Assembly (NCBI GenBank): GCA_037379345.1
Contig: CM074513.1
Coordinates: 20,770,001-20,834,000, forward strand
DNA length: 64,000 nucleotides
DNA from: Perna viridis
Lineage: Eukaryota
Reading direction: 5' to 3'
The stretch's first letter is position 1; each line of letters begins with the position of its first letter. Shown here in pieces: positions 1 through 11,551 of this stretch. Both the position numbers and the translations under genes were made by a program. The notes under the pieces are model-generated. The model did not search any database and had not been told where the DNA came from. It saw nothing but the letters and a program-made list of their open reading frames with translations.

Positions 1-127
1 TATTTTTTAGTAGTTACTTTGATTTTTTGAGAATTCAAAATAAAAAAAAAGAATCAGTTGAAAGTTTCTACACCCTTAAAAACACAAACTTAATGGTATG
101 TATGACTAATGGCATGGATGTTTTCAG

Positions 128-178
128 GCCACACCATCGCTCCTACCTTTACATACAAAAAATTATAGCAGAACATGA
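128..178 (+). CDS. RhoGEF exon, 51 nt, phase 2-2 (xPHHRSYLYIQKIIAEH)
   Basis: Branch-like gactaat, acceptor ttttcag, donor GA|gtgagt; phase fits exon 2209. Frame is also open from an AG at 9-10. Confidence 0.55.
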   Translation, partial: ATPSLLPLHTKNYSRT

Positions 179-2208
179 GTGAGTTTTTACTTTTGTTTTT
201 GCAAATTTTAATTTACTTCCTGGAACCGCACTATAGTGTATGCCTTTTGTGCTTTTTCTCACATTCTTGTGCAAGGAGTTGATTTATTTATATTTGAATT
301 TTTCTTTCAACACTGTGTATATATTTCTTAACAGGTTTTTTGCTTCGTTATTTTTATATTTTGTGAATGCTATACTGCTGTGCATGTATATGCTGTGAGT
401 TTTGGAGTTATAGGAATGCTGTTGACACTGTGGGTGTTGTGTGTTGATGTAACTGCATGTGAATAATTTTGTTTGATGCTAAACCTAGTAATCTAAATAT
501 TGAAACTATAGGACCAGTGACTCATTGTTAAAAGATCAGATTTTAAAAACGAATATTTTTTAAAAGGGTTTTTTTTTTCAACCTGAGTTGATGTTTTCAT
601 CATAAAAAAGAAAATACATGTATTTTGGACTTTTTTTAATTTTTAGAGTAGAAGTACATATGAAAAGAATTTTTATTTATTTATTTGGGTAGTAAGCATT
701 TCTTTGATATACAAGAATCAAATACACTACATTTTGTTTGTTTTTTGTTTTTTTGTTGTTTTTTTTGTACTGTCATTTCTATATTGCATTTTCAACCTTG
801 TAAATATAGTATTCCAGGCAGAACCATACCTAATTGAGAACAAATGGTTCAAAGTTCATATTTTTATTGACCCATTCTTTAGTCACTGGTTGATTTATTG
901 GGATTTATCAAAATAATGCATCTAACTCTATATAATACATAAATTGTATCAAAAACCAAAATTTTAATATCAAGAAATGTGTGAAGCATTATTTTGAAAT
1001 GCCTCTGTTTACTGTCTTGGTTTTTTTATACTGTTAAATACATAATGTGTGGTTTCTGATGCATGAAAAGTTTGGGTGTTGGTTGAGAATATTTGATAGT
1101 GGTTGACCATTGGAAGAGGTTGTCACTGGGGTCACTTAAAAAAAAGTTTTCTGCACTCTTTTATATCTTTTATTTTATTATGACTATTCTTGAAAAAGGT
1201 CAGTTCTTTATAAGTTTGGATTTACAAATGTTATTGACCTTTGAATTTTCTAATCACTATCCATAATTTGGCTGTTATTTTTCTAAAATTTAAAATTTTG
1301 AACTGGAGTGAATTAAGCAACATAATTAGCTTTTACATACTTCTATTTCCATTTTGAAATCTCTTTTTTTTTATCGTGTGTGCAATAGACTTTATACAGT
1401 ACAATCGGACTCTAATATTGCTATTATGGTATCTGTGATTTTCTTGTATCTGTCAAAGTTTTTCTACATGGAAGTACTTTTTATCACTCTATGCTTTCTC
1501 ATGCATGAGAACTGATGAGAAATTGGTTAACTTGACATCTGTCTGATTTTGTTATGTGTCTTACTGAAACTGTCTTTCTTTAGCTAAACTTTATTTATCA
1601 AAAGGCTGAAATATTGAACAACATTCTCTCAGTCTTTCTAAACTGAAAATTCAATCTAACCATGAAATGGCTGACTACAGAATGATGGAGTTAGTGCTCT
1701 TGACAATCAGTTTTTATGAGAAGGTTTAAATACAAAAGACAATTGTAGTTGGCAATTATTTATCATGATTACAATTTAGTTCATGTGATACCATTTCAAA
1801 AATTAGTACATTTATGTTTAATTTGTAAAGTTCAGTGAAATGACAGGAGTTAGAATTTGCCTTCAAAAGTGAAAGAATTCGTAAGTTACCAAATTTCAAG
1901 TGGTCCACTTAAGGAAAATTAAAACTCTACAATTGAAGGTTTGAAGGACTAGAACCTAGGTAAATTGAATGTCAAATGGTCTTAGATCAGAAATTTAGGG
2001 TACTGGACCTCAGACCACCACAAATTTTAACTGAATGTGTATAGTTGAATATTTTAGCAATCTGCATTGTCTAAATAGTTTAGGGCAGATCACAAGTAAA
2101 CCAATGGTTCTCATATTAAAACGCATTAGTAGTAGTAGCTTAATAGATCTCAATAATATAGAATTGCTGATATAACATTGTACTTGTATAATTTCTCATA
2201 CTTTATAG

Positions 2209-2328
2209 CGCTCAGTTCCGCCGTCAAGCGGAAATAGAAGAAGATGACGATGAAAATACCAATAGAATGCTGGGACAAGAAGAGAGAAATAAGAAATCAA
2301 AACTCTCTTTGTTAGATTTTCTCAATGA
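2209..2328 (+). CDS. ARHGEF18-like: RhoGEF exon (AQFRRQAEIEEDDDENTNRMLGQEERNKKSKLSLLDFLN)
   Basis: ctttatag acceptor, gtaagt donor, open frame, phase 2-2. Confidence 0.85.
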
Positions 2329-4109
2329 GTAAGTCTAAAATGTGTTGTCAAAATTCAGTGTGAGGTCATTTAACACTGAGGTATTGTGGGCTATATCTTG
2401 CCTGTCTCACAAAAAACAGCAATTTAATGTATAATTGAATGATTATCCAATCTTGCTTTTCTTACATTGGCTTTCATACATATAGGCAATTGATGTATTA
2501 ATAATGGTGGAACTTTATTCAAGATTTTCTTTTGTCGTATGTTTTTGCATTATGAAGAAGTGAAAATACAAAATGTCTCATATCCATGTTTTTTTAACTG
2601 ATTTCTTGAAAGTCATTTTGTCATGGTCATGATTGCCGATTCTTTGTATGCATACAAAAGGATATAAATTTATTTCTTGTCTTAGTTTTGATAAATTTTG
2701 TTTAATTTTTGCAAGGTGAGATGAGGATTGACTAATACAAGTTCAAACGATTTTTATATACACAACCTTTATAAGAGTCATATACAATAAAGAACACAAT
2801 ACCTCAGTTCATCGAATGGCACAGAGTGAAAAAAACCTATATCTTAGAGTAACGTTTTCTTTTTTGTTGCCGTAGTGATGCAATCTGATTCTTACAAACA
2901 ACGATGTACCTTCTTTTGAAGGCTGTCTGTTTATCTTGAACTCCAGCGGATGTCATTACCTTACTTTCAAAGTATTGTTTCATCAATCAGTTCTATAATT
3001 ACTTATTTCTGTTTCCAGGTGTTCCTCTGTCAATATCTGTTATTATCTGCTCTGCAACCGTTTGCTCTTAATTGATATATGTCTGCTGTTCCAATATTTT
3101 TGATAAATATAAAACTATGATTTTGTAACTTGAATGGCATAAGCTCAACTAATCATGTCAAGTGTAAGCTTTACATTAATTCTACATGTACTGAGTGCTT
3201 TCTACATCTACATGTACTGATTGCTATTTACATCTACATGTATTTACAAGTATCACTTGACCATTTGATTTCATATTTGCATTTTATTTTAATCATAATT
3301 TTTGCCTTTCTGCCTATAGCACCTATGTAGTCTATGATAGTTCTGCTTCACTTTTAGTTTTCTAACTATATCTAATATAATAGCTAGCTCTCTGCTGCTT
3401 AATTTATATTTAGCATGCAGATATATTAGCATTTTTTTATTTTAAGTTCCTTGTAATTTCAGTATTTAACCTCAATTTTAAGAGTTTTTGATTTGTTTTG
3501 ATTGTAGAAATAATAGAATTGGTGATTACTGAAATATATTGTTTAAAAAATGAATTGTTTGGGAAATGTCATAGAGACAATGAATCCAAACAGTAAACCA
3601 ATATTTAACACAAAAAATGGATGAATGGAAAGCCTTATTGGTCTGTTGAAAAAAAAGTGGACATTCCTTTTTAAAGCAATAAACCTGAAGATTCAAAATG
3701 ACCATACAAGTAGTTAAAAAAAGTGCTGCTACATTTTAAACAATTGGAAAGGAAATAAGCTTTTACTTTTGTATTAAATGTTATATGAATTTTAAATGTG
3801 TTGCAGCCTTATAATATCTTGTTAAGCTTCTCTTAATCACCTAACTGACATTTTTTCCCAGATCCTAAATACTGTATAAATCACGCTGTCATGTATATAT
3901 TCATTGAAGAACCTAGGTGATAGTTAGAGAGATTGCTAGAGATTAAATGGGCAATGTTACCAAAAAACAGGCATCCACATAACTATAAAGCATAGTTTTC
4001 TAAATAGGCCATTTTTAACAGAATCCATTTAGCTGAACAATACAAAAAAAAATTGTCAAAAACACATGAACATTGCAATTGCTAATTGAAATATTTTACA
4101 ATATCTTAG

Positions 4110-4212
4110 CTCCAGTTATATGAATGAAGATCAAAAATCAGGGAAAAAAGAAGAGAAGAAAAGAAAGACCAGTGTGTTTTCTAGATTTTCTAATAGCTAT
4201 AGAACTAAGAAG
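4110..4212 (+). CDS. ARHGEF18-like: RhoGEF exon (SSYMNEDQKSGKKEEKKRKTSVFSRFSNSYRTKK)
   Basis: tcttag acceptor, AAG|gtaggt donor, phase 2-0. Confidence 0.87.
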
Positions 4213-6539
4213 GTAGGTATGATACAAATATATTGTATTTTTAAAATATAGCCTATGTAAACCAAAGACATTGTTTGTTCAGTGTTTTTTTCTACAACAT
4301 GAATCACCTATACCATATGCAGCATTTGAAGTTTATATAGATTAGTATGAATTTTCTTCAGAACTTTCTTCTCTGTGTACTTTGATCTTCCTAAAACAAA
4401 ACTATATGAAACTTGTTATATCTTTGTTGTCTTCTAAGGTTTTTAGTTTGAAAATCCTCTGTTGTGACCATAAGTTTTGTATTTTATTAAAGTATTTCTT
4501 TAAAACTTGGGCAACATGGTATTGGTCTTAATTTTTTCAAATTATTGTTCAAATTTTGCTTTGATAAGTTTATTTTACACTCATATGTGCCTTGATTTGT
4601 CTATTACAAGTAAGTTATCCTTCTTGGGGCTTGGGGACTACCTTCAAACTTTCCTAATAGGACTACCAATATTTCTCTAAGTACTTCATGGATGGAGTGT
4701 TACTGCCTCAATATTTGGAAGCTACTATGCCATTGTTGACATAACGCAAAATGTACTTTTACACGTGTACTTTCAAAGTTACTGTTCGCTAGGGTTTTAA
4801 CCTTACCCCAAAACACATTTGTAACTGAAAGTAATCTTAAGATTAAAACAAAGTGCCTTAGAGTTGTCTTTCTTGCTAGGTTAAGATGATATTGGAAGGC
4901 CATCAAACATCTGTCGAGAATCAATCAATCTATTTTCGCTAACCTGTTACTTTTACTGACAGATGTTAAAGCCCTATCTAAAATCAAACAAAGTAAACTG
5001 ATTTTATTCCAAATGAAACTGATAATTGCATAAGAAATAGTTACAGCTGAATAAATATTTATTTCCTGATTGGAAGTATTGGTCATTGAAAGAGTCATGT
5101 AAGGTTCAGCTTAGAAGCTCTGTCATAGTCTGCTGTATAGAAGCCAACATGGAATATGAAGTAAAATTTGATTGCTGATATACTTTGAAGGTAATTTTAG
5201 TGGTCTGGGTTCAGTTGTATATAGGAATCAACATGTATGTTTGTCCTTATATCTTGTAAGTGCAATTCCTTTATAACTGCTGAGCAGATTTTGATGAAAT
5301 ATGGTTAAAAGTTTTCTTTTTCATCTTAAAGTTTTCTGTGGTTTTTTGAATTCCCTTAGTTTCCAATGTCCAGTTGTTCATAAGCAGGTGATTGTATCTT
5401 AACCAACTAATCCTTAACAACATCATTGCATACAATAGCAAGACTTTCCACCCCAGCCAGAATTTGAATGGTCTTGTATCATGAAATATTGAACAACAAA
5501 GAGATAGAAGTGTTCTGAAGAAATCTTTCCTTTCATTATAGGAATGCCAGTTGTACTTTGTAGTGTAGGATAAGGAAGAAGGAGGTTAAGATGTTAGTAG
5601 ATTAAAAAAAAAGTAATTAAAAAATCGTTCTTTTGAAAGTCAGTCAATTACATCTGTATTCTAAGTTAATTTTCTGCTGTTATTTTCTGCATGCAGATTT
5701 CATAGTTTATGAATTCAGTCAATGAGCTAAACAGTCAGATTTTGTTCTTAACTCGTCACGATTTTGTAATGCTTTTGGTTATATAGGATTTCAGTTGGCT
5801 TTAATTTGAAAATGCATTTATAAAAATCGCTAGTGCTTTACCCCACTCCTATCATCATATGGTGTACTTTTGACAAGTTCTTTAAGGTTAAACTGTTTAG
5901 GAAATTAAAATATTTGTTGCCAAACTGCTTTGAGTGAAGTGGTTAGATAGTTTTTTCGGCACTGGCAGGGATGAAAGTGTGCTTCTTGTATGGTTATAAA
6001 ACATATGTTTCAAGAGTGCAGAAAGTTGGTTAATTTGTGGTCAGAATACTAAACAGTTCTTTGCAATTTGGGTGCTTTTATCTTGTATGCGCAATTAGAT
6101 GTTTCTTATCTGTGTTTTTTATAAAAAATTGAAAATTTGCCATGCTTGCCTATTTTGCATACAAGCTCCATTTTATTTCACGTTTTTGATGATCCAGACT
6201 ACTTTATGATCAAGTGGTAAGTTAAGACACACATAGTCATAATCTACCAGACTTACAAACAGACAGACATAAAAATACTTTGTTGATTTTAATGCTAAAA
6301 TGACTGAGCAGATAGAATAGTCAGTGTGTAGGTTGGTTGATTCAGAACTCTCTGTCCGTCTGTCTGTAATGAAGAGGGAACATAGACAATCTTAACAGTT
6401 TCAAGCAAGTAAAATTAATTGGACTGGGCTTAGACATTGAGATTGATTGATTATGTCCTGTGGCAAATATTTCATGCCCCTTGACCAATCCAACCGACCT
6501 TGCTTTGTACTAGTATTCATTTTGAATCAGATCTTTTTT

Positions 6540-6680
6540 GTGCTAGTTCATAGAAGCAACAGCTCACAGGTAGGCTCCCCACTCATTATTAGGACTCTGA
6601 ACCAACTACTCCAGTTGTCATCCTATTAACTTAAATACTGCTTGCTTGGTGGAGTAGTGACTACCAATTTTAAAGTTCAC
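6540..6680 (-). mobile_element. Degraded tRNA-derived SINE fragment (Meta/MESC-domain type)
   Basis: Resembles, from memory, the reverse strand of the mollusc SINE core (caacag..caggtag..ccccactc..cattat..tgcttggtggagtag..taccaatttta). Confidence 0.45.
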
Positions 6681-6715
6681 TGTGACTATTGTGACTATTG
6701 TGAATATTGCCATAG

Positions 6716-6814
6716 TACCTTTGTTAAAATTTCATAAAGTTCAGGATTTTACAGATTATTTCCATAGAATACTGTGAAAAACACGGATTGACATCAAGTT
6801 GTACAAATAGATCT
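6716..6814. repeat. Dispersed repeat, copy 1 (copy 2 at 38747-38847)
   Basis: About 100 bp near-identical: gtacctttgttaaaattt...caagttgtacaaatagatctg. Confidence 0.85.
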
Positions 6815-8708
6815 GGACCACTGAGGCAGTTGCTGAATATCTCTTGTATGAACATTTTAAACTAAAAAAATCACATTCTCAACCGATTGATTTGTCTGAT
6901 ATTTCATATTCGCTTAATATGTGAATATGTTTACATGTTCTTCAATAATTTCCATGTTTTTTGGTGTTATGGCAGGGCTTTTCTATATGACTGTACGGAT
7001 AAGGTTGATTTTCTGACAATATCTACAGGCAGTTGGATTGGATATCTTCATGGATCTTTAGTTGTCCAGTCATGTTGTGCCACATTTCTTTTTGATCATG
7101 CTCTCCATCAAACTTGCCATTTAGTAGAACATTCTGTAATCTGTATTAGTTAAGGATTGTTTCTGTTTGAAACTAATCAGAGAAAAAAGGTTAAATAAAC
7201 ACATCAGAAATTAAGGTTTAAATGAAAGGGAAGTGTCTGGAAGAAGGTTTGATTGCCAATTTGTTTTTATTGATTTTCTATCGAAATGAACCTGTTGTTT
7301 ATTTGTTAAACACAGTGTTTTTATGTTGAAGTGGAGCACCTTTGCATGTTGCATGTCAGGTGCATTTTTAACAACAAGTTATTGGAGAAATAAGGATGGG
7401 GTTGTTTAGTTGATGCTTGTAAATGCATTAAAGATCCATTTAGGTTGAGAGAGACTTCATTATGTGTTAAGGATGGTATTAGGTATGTTATAAGAAGGTC
7501 CTTGTTCATAGTTTTTATTTCAATGGTTTCTTTTCTGACCCAGAGAAGTGCCAGAATTGGAATTTTCTTATCTTTTTTCTAAGGATGATGTTTTAACATC
7601 TATTGTTCTCTGGAGTCTTTTTCCATGGGTTTTTGGTGTACATATACCAGGTGTTATCTTTAAGAATGTAAATGGTGTCTATGTTTATTACTTAATCCTT
7701 TTTTCTTTGTTTTGTTTTTTTTTCTATTCTTTAGTAAGTACCGATATGTAGTTTCTAAACTTTTTCTTTTAAGATATTTTAAGTATCACAATTTTGAATG
7801 GTTTAATTTTTTATCATAGTTATAACAATATTTTGTAATTCACATTATGGTGAAATTGAATGTGATGGCAGCTTTTTTTTTTTTTTGACATTTTGATCAG
7901 GAGTAACATATATTGTTTTAGTCATTGTCTTATGCACATTTTCTTTTCATCATTATGAAAGGTTTCCAACTATATGGTTTTTTGCCCTGATATTGCCATT
8001 TGTTATACAGACTTTCCTTTTGACATCTTGTTATAACCCTTGTAGATTTGTTTTTCATTAGAGGTCAATGTGCTGGCAGGGAACAGACAACTGCCGTATC
8101 TCTTGTTTTCTACCATTACATGACTGTTCTACACATTGTAAGCAGCACTCCCAATTACTTCCTTTACATGTAAACTACTACACTGTCTTGTCATCCTTCA
8201 TTGATGCTACAATAATTAAATGTCACTGCATTATTTCCCCATCATCGAGGAATATGCTAGTGCCAAAATCTCATTACGGTTCTAAAATTATGGTTGAATC
8301 ATAGTACAGTGACTGGATCTTCATGTTTAATTGTTCAGAACAATATTTCTAAAAATACCATGTCGTGTGTTTACTTATCTCCCAAAGCTATAAATAAGTA
8401 GCCCCTTGACTGTTTGTTCTGAGATGAGAGCTTTTGAGTTTAAATGAGCCATGCTGGTTATGTTGGTCTAAAACAATTTGCTTGGGTGTGCTCTGTCCTT
8501 GAATTAATTTGATTAAATCTGTACTATTGAGTAGTGGGTATTCTTTGTTTTCAGATTTTGAAAACAATGACGAAGAATTTGAATTCACGAATACTTGCAT
8601 GTTAATAAGTCCTGTTACTAAGTAGGACTTGAATTCCCTGATTTTGGTTTTTTCTGTGTCTGGAATTATATGTTGAATTGGCGCATCACATTATCTTTTT
8701 CTGTGGTA

Positions 8709-8886
8709 CTCACTTCATGCTATCCATGCTCCATGAAAATGGCTAAAATTATAATCCAAGAAAAATATTTTGTTCACCTTAGTTAACTTATTATACTCTC
8801 ACTTCATGCTATCCATGCTCCATGAAAATGGCTAAAATTATAATCCAAGAAAAATATTTTGTTCACCTTAGTTAACTTATTATACT
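8709..8886. repeat. Perfect 89-bp tandem duplication
   Basis: ctcacttcatgc...ttattatact at 8709 and 8798. Confidence 0.95.
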
Positions 8887-10368
8887 AAGAAATGTTTTTA
8901 ATAAGTTTAATGAACATGTTTTTGAAAACCAAATGATAGACAAAATTACTGTGTTTGCAAAACTGTATTTTAGTTTTAATCTAAGTTAGATTTAGTAAAT
9001 GGCATTTGGGCGATTCCTCTATCAGCACAGCATTTTGTCAGAATCCTGTGATGGTCATTGTAGTGACCAGTGGGTTGGGGGTCATTTATTCCACTCCACA
9101 ACAAATCATCCTTGTTACACAAAAGAATTTTTTTTTAGTATAGTGGAAATGACCAAATAAATAAGAATGGTCCTCACCTTAGGTGAACTTGATTTGTTTT
9201 TTGTTTATGTACTGGAAACAGGCTAGTTGTATTGTCACTGTTTGTGCTTATTCTATGGAAAAAAAATTGTAAACATTCCCATGATGAATGGGTAACAAAC
9301 CTATGAATCTATCATTCTAACTGTTAACCCCCTCTACTAAAACTAAATATTTGTACTATAAGACCCTCGAATTCTTGGAGTTGATCCTTATCAGAACTCT
9401 TACTCAAAGTACACCTCCTCATGTCTCAATTTAAGTTAAGTTACTTGGCCTTCATTAAGTAACCTCTTAGGTTATCAGGTGTAAGGTGCTAAACAGTGTT
9501 TATCACTGCTGAACATTTCTGGCATTCCTGCTAAGTTGATCTGTGTATTAGAATTCCAATCACCAGGTGTTGCAGGTAAAAAAGGTGTAAATTTGTTTAG
9601 CAATTGGTGTCATGGCATATGTCAAAGTTGTTTTATAATCTGAAACTCCCTATTCTGTCCTGTAGGTCTTCAGTAAGTCTACAACTCTTTGAATAATAAA
9701 CAACTATACAAAGAAAATCATTAGCACCAGCAATTATTTCTCAATTGAATCGATCCACATAGGTACCCACATCACCTTGCGATGTACTGTAATTAACCTA
9801 TTCTCATTGGTAACTTGTTAAGTTATTAGGTGTATGGTGTTAAAAGTTATTTGTTTGTATATATCATTCTGAACATATCTAACATTCCTACTGCAAGAGG
9901 TTGCATGCACGGTACATTCAACAGGTGTTTCTCAATAATTGTTTTAAATAATGATGACCTCATTCAAATTTTTATGTGCAGTGCACATGCATATAAAGCA
10001 GATAAATAAAACACATGTTAGCACTGTCAAATTGTTTGAAGGTTGCTTATTTAGCAGTATTTAGTTTCATAACATCATTTTTTTATTCTGTTTCTCTCTT
10101 AATTTCACCGCTATGCAGTAGCAGATCTAGATATTTTGAAAAGTAAGTGGGCAGCTGACTGGCATAGGGGTCATCTTGTTTTCCTGTTTTTTTTTCAAGC
10201 ATGAGGACTCCCCTTTGTATCTGCCTATGCAGTGTATTCCTATAGTCATTGTACTGGCCTCTTCTTCAATGATTAAATATTACAGCAAGTTTGATAGTTA
10301 ACTTCAGGGAATAGACTTACTCTTCTCTTGATAGAATGACCATTACCTGAACATCCTTGGGGACTTAA

Positions 10369-10763
10369 GTAGCACTCCAGCTAAGGATCATACAAAATGT
10401 GATTCATGGGTAAAAAGCCTACTTTTTTTAATTTTTGATAATTTGTTTGAATTGTCATAGTAAACAGAATTAACATGTGGTTTTTCATATAGCCTGTGCT
10501 CTTAGGAGATAAAAATAATATAGAATGCTCTGCAGATTTCAAAATTAAGGGAGATAACTCTGTAAATGACGCTGAAATACAATAGAATCTACTGAATTTT
10601 CAATGTTCATTATCTCCAAAGAGCAGGCAGATTTGAATAAATAATTACACATTTCATAGTATAGACCCATAAAACAACTTAATTACAAAAACATAAATAT
10701 GTAGCCTTTTTTGGGGTGTATCACATTTTTCAGATTTTGCATGATTCTTACAAAGACAGCTAC
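10369..10763. mobile_element. TTAA-flanked MITE (family A)
   Basis: TTAA at 10365 and 10764; imperfect TIR gtagc..taag(g/a)atcat(a/g)caaaat extending about 55 bp. Confidence 0.75.
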
Positions 10764-10898
10764 TTAAATGTACAATAATAAGAAGATTTAAACTGTTTAT
10801 AGAACTAAGATTCAAACATCTATGTAATGGTACACAGTTAAAATCTCCCTGTCATTGTCCAGTTAACTACCGAAGAATTTCATTACAACTCTATTCTT

Positions 10899-10949
10899 GA
10901 GATATTGCTGCTTGGACGTTAAACCCCAACAAACAAACAAACAAACAAA
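10899..10949 (+). mobile_element. 5'-truncated retroposon 3' end with (CAAA)n tail and 8-bp TSD
   Basis: gatattgctgcttggacgttaaaccccaa(caaa)n flanked by ctattctt at 10891 and 10950. Confidence 0.75.
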
Positions 10950-11512
10950 CTATTCTTTAGATAGCTATTTTACTGGCTGTAAAGAATAAAATCTATTGAT
11001 TGAAGGTATATGTACAATACCCCAGTAATTAGTACTTCCTGGGCTATACTTCACATTACTGGCTTGAGTGGGATAGAGAATAGCACTGTTTCACTCTACA
11101 GTGTCAAGTATTACCTTGAGTTTCTTTATTATGTCATTTGTACAATAAGTACCTGCTTACATTTAACAAGAAACTTACTCTTTTCTTTGATCATAGAGAT
11201 GGTACCTTGTCACTTACTCAGGCGTGTGTGTTTAGGGTGTAATTTTTCTCTGAGCTAATTGCAAAATAACTCCTTTGTACTTGATACTTGTTCATTATAG
11301 AGCGCTTTTGTTTCATATATTGGTTCATATCGATTATCGTGACATTTTGTTTCGTGTTTGTACTATGCTGCCAGGTGTTTGGTACATGTATTTAATGTGA
11401 TGACTTTGTCCTTTAATTACCTGTGTTTGGTATATGTAACATGGTTTTATATAGAAAATTTTTTGTAGAAAGGTATATTATGATCATGAAGACTTTTACA
11501 TGTAATTTACAG

Positions 11513-11551
11513 ATTTCACCATTGGTCAAGCCAAGCCTTATTCCCAGAAAG
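11513..11551 (+). CDS. Candidate 39-nt cassette exon (ISPLVKPSLIPRK), or 3' part of an alternative first exon from ATG 11441
   Basis: tttacag acceptor, AAG|gtagac donor, phase 0-0 in a phase-0 intron. Confidence 0.4.

Noticed and set aside
3862-3873. Acceptor ctaactgac..tcccag with possible 12-nt exon
   Set aside because: Gives an immediate TAA in the required phase, and the donor gtataa is weak
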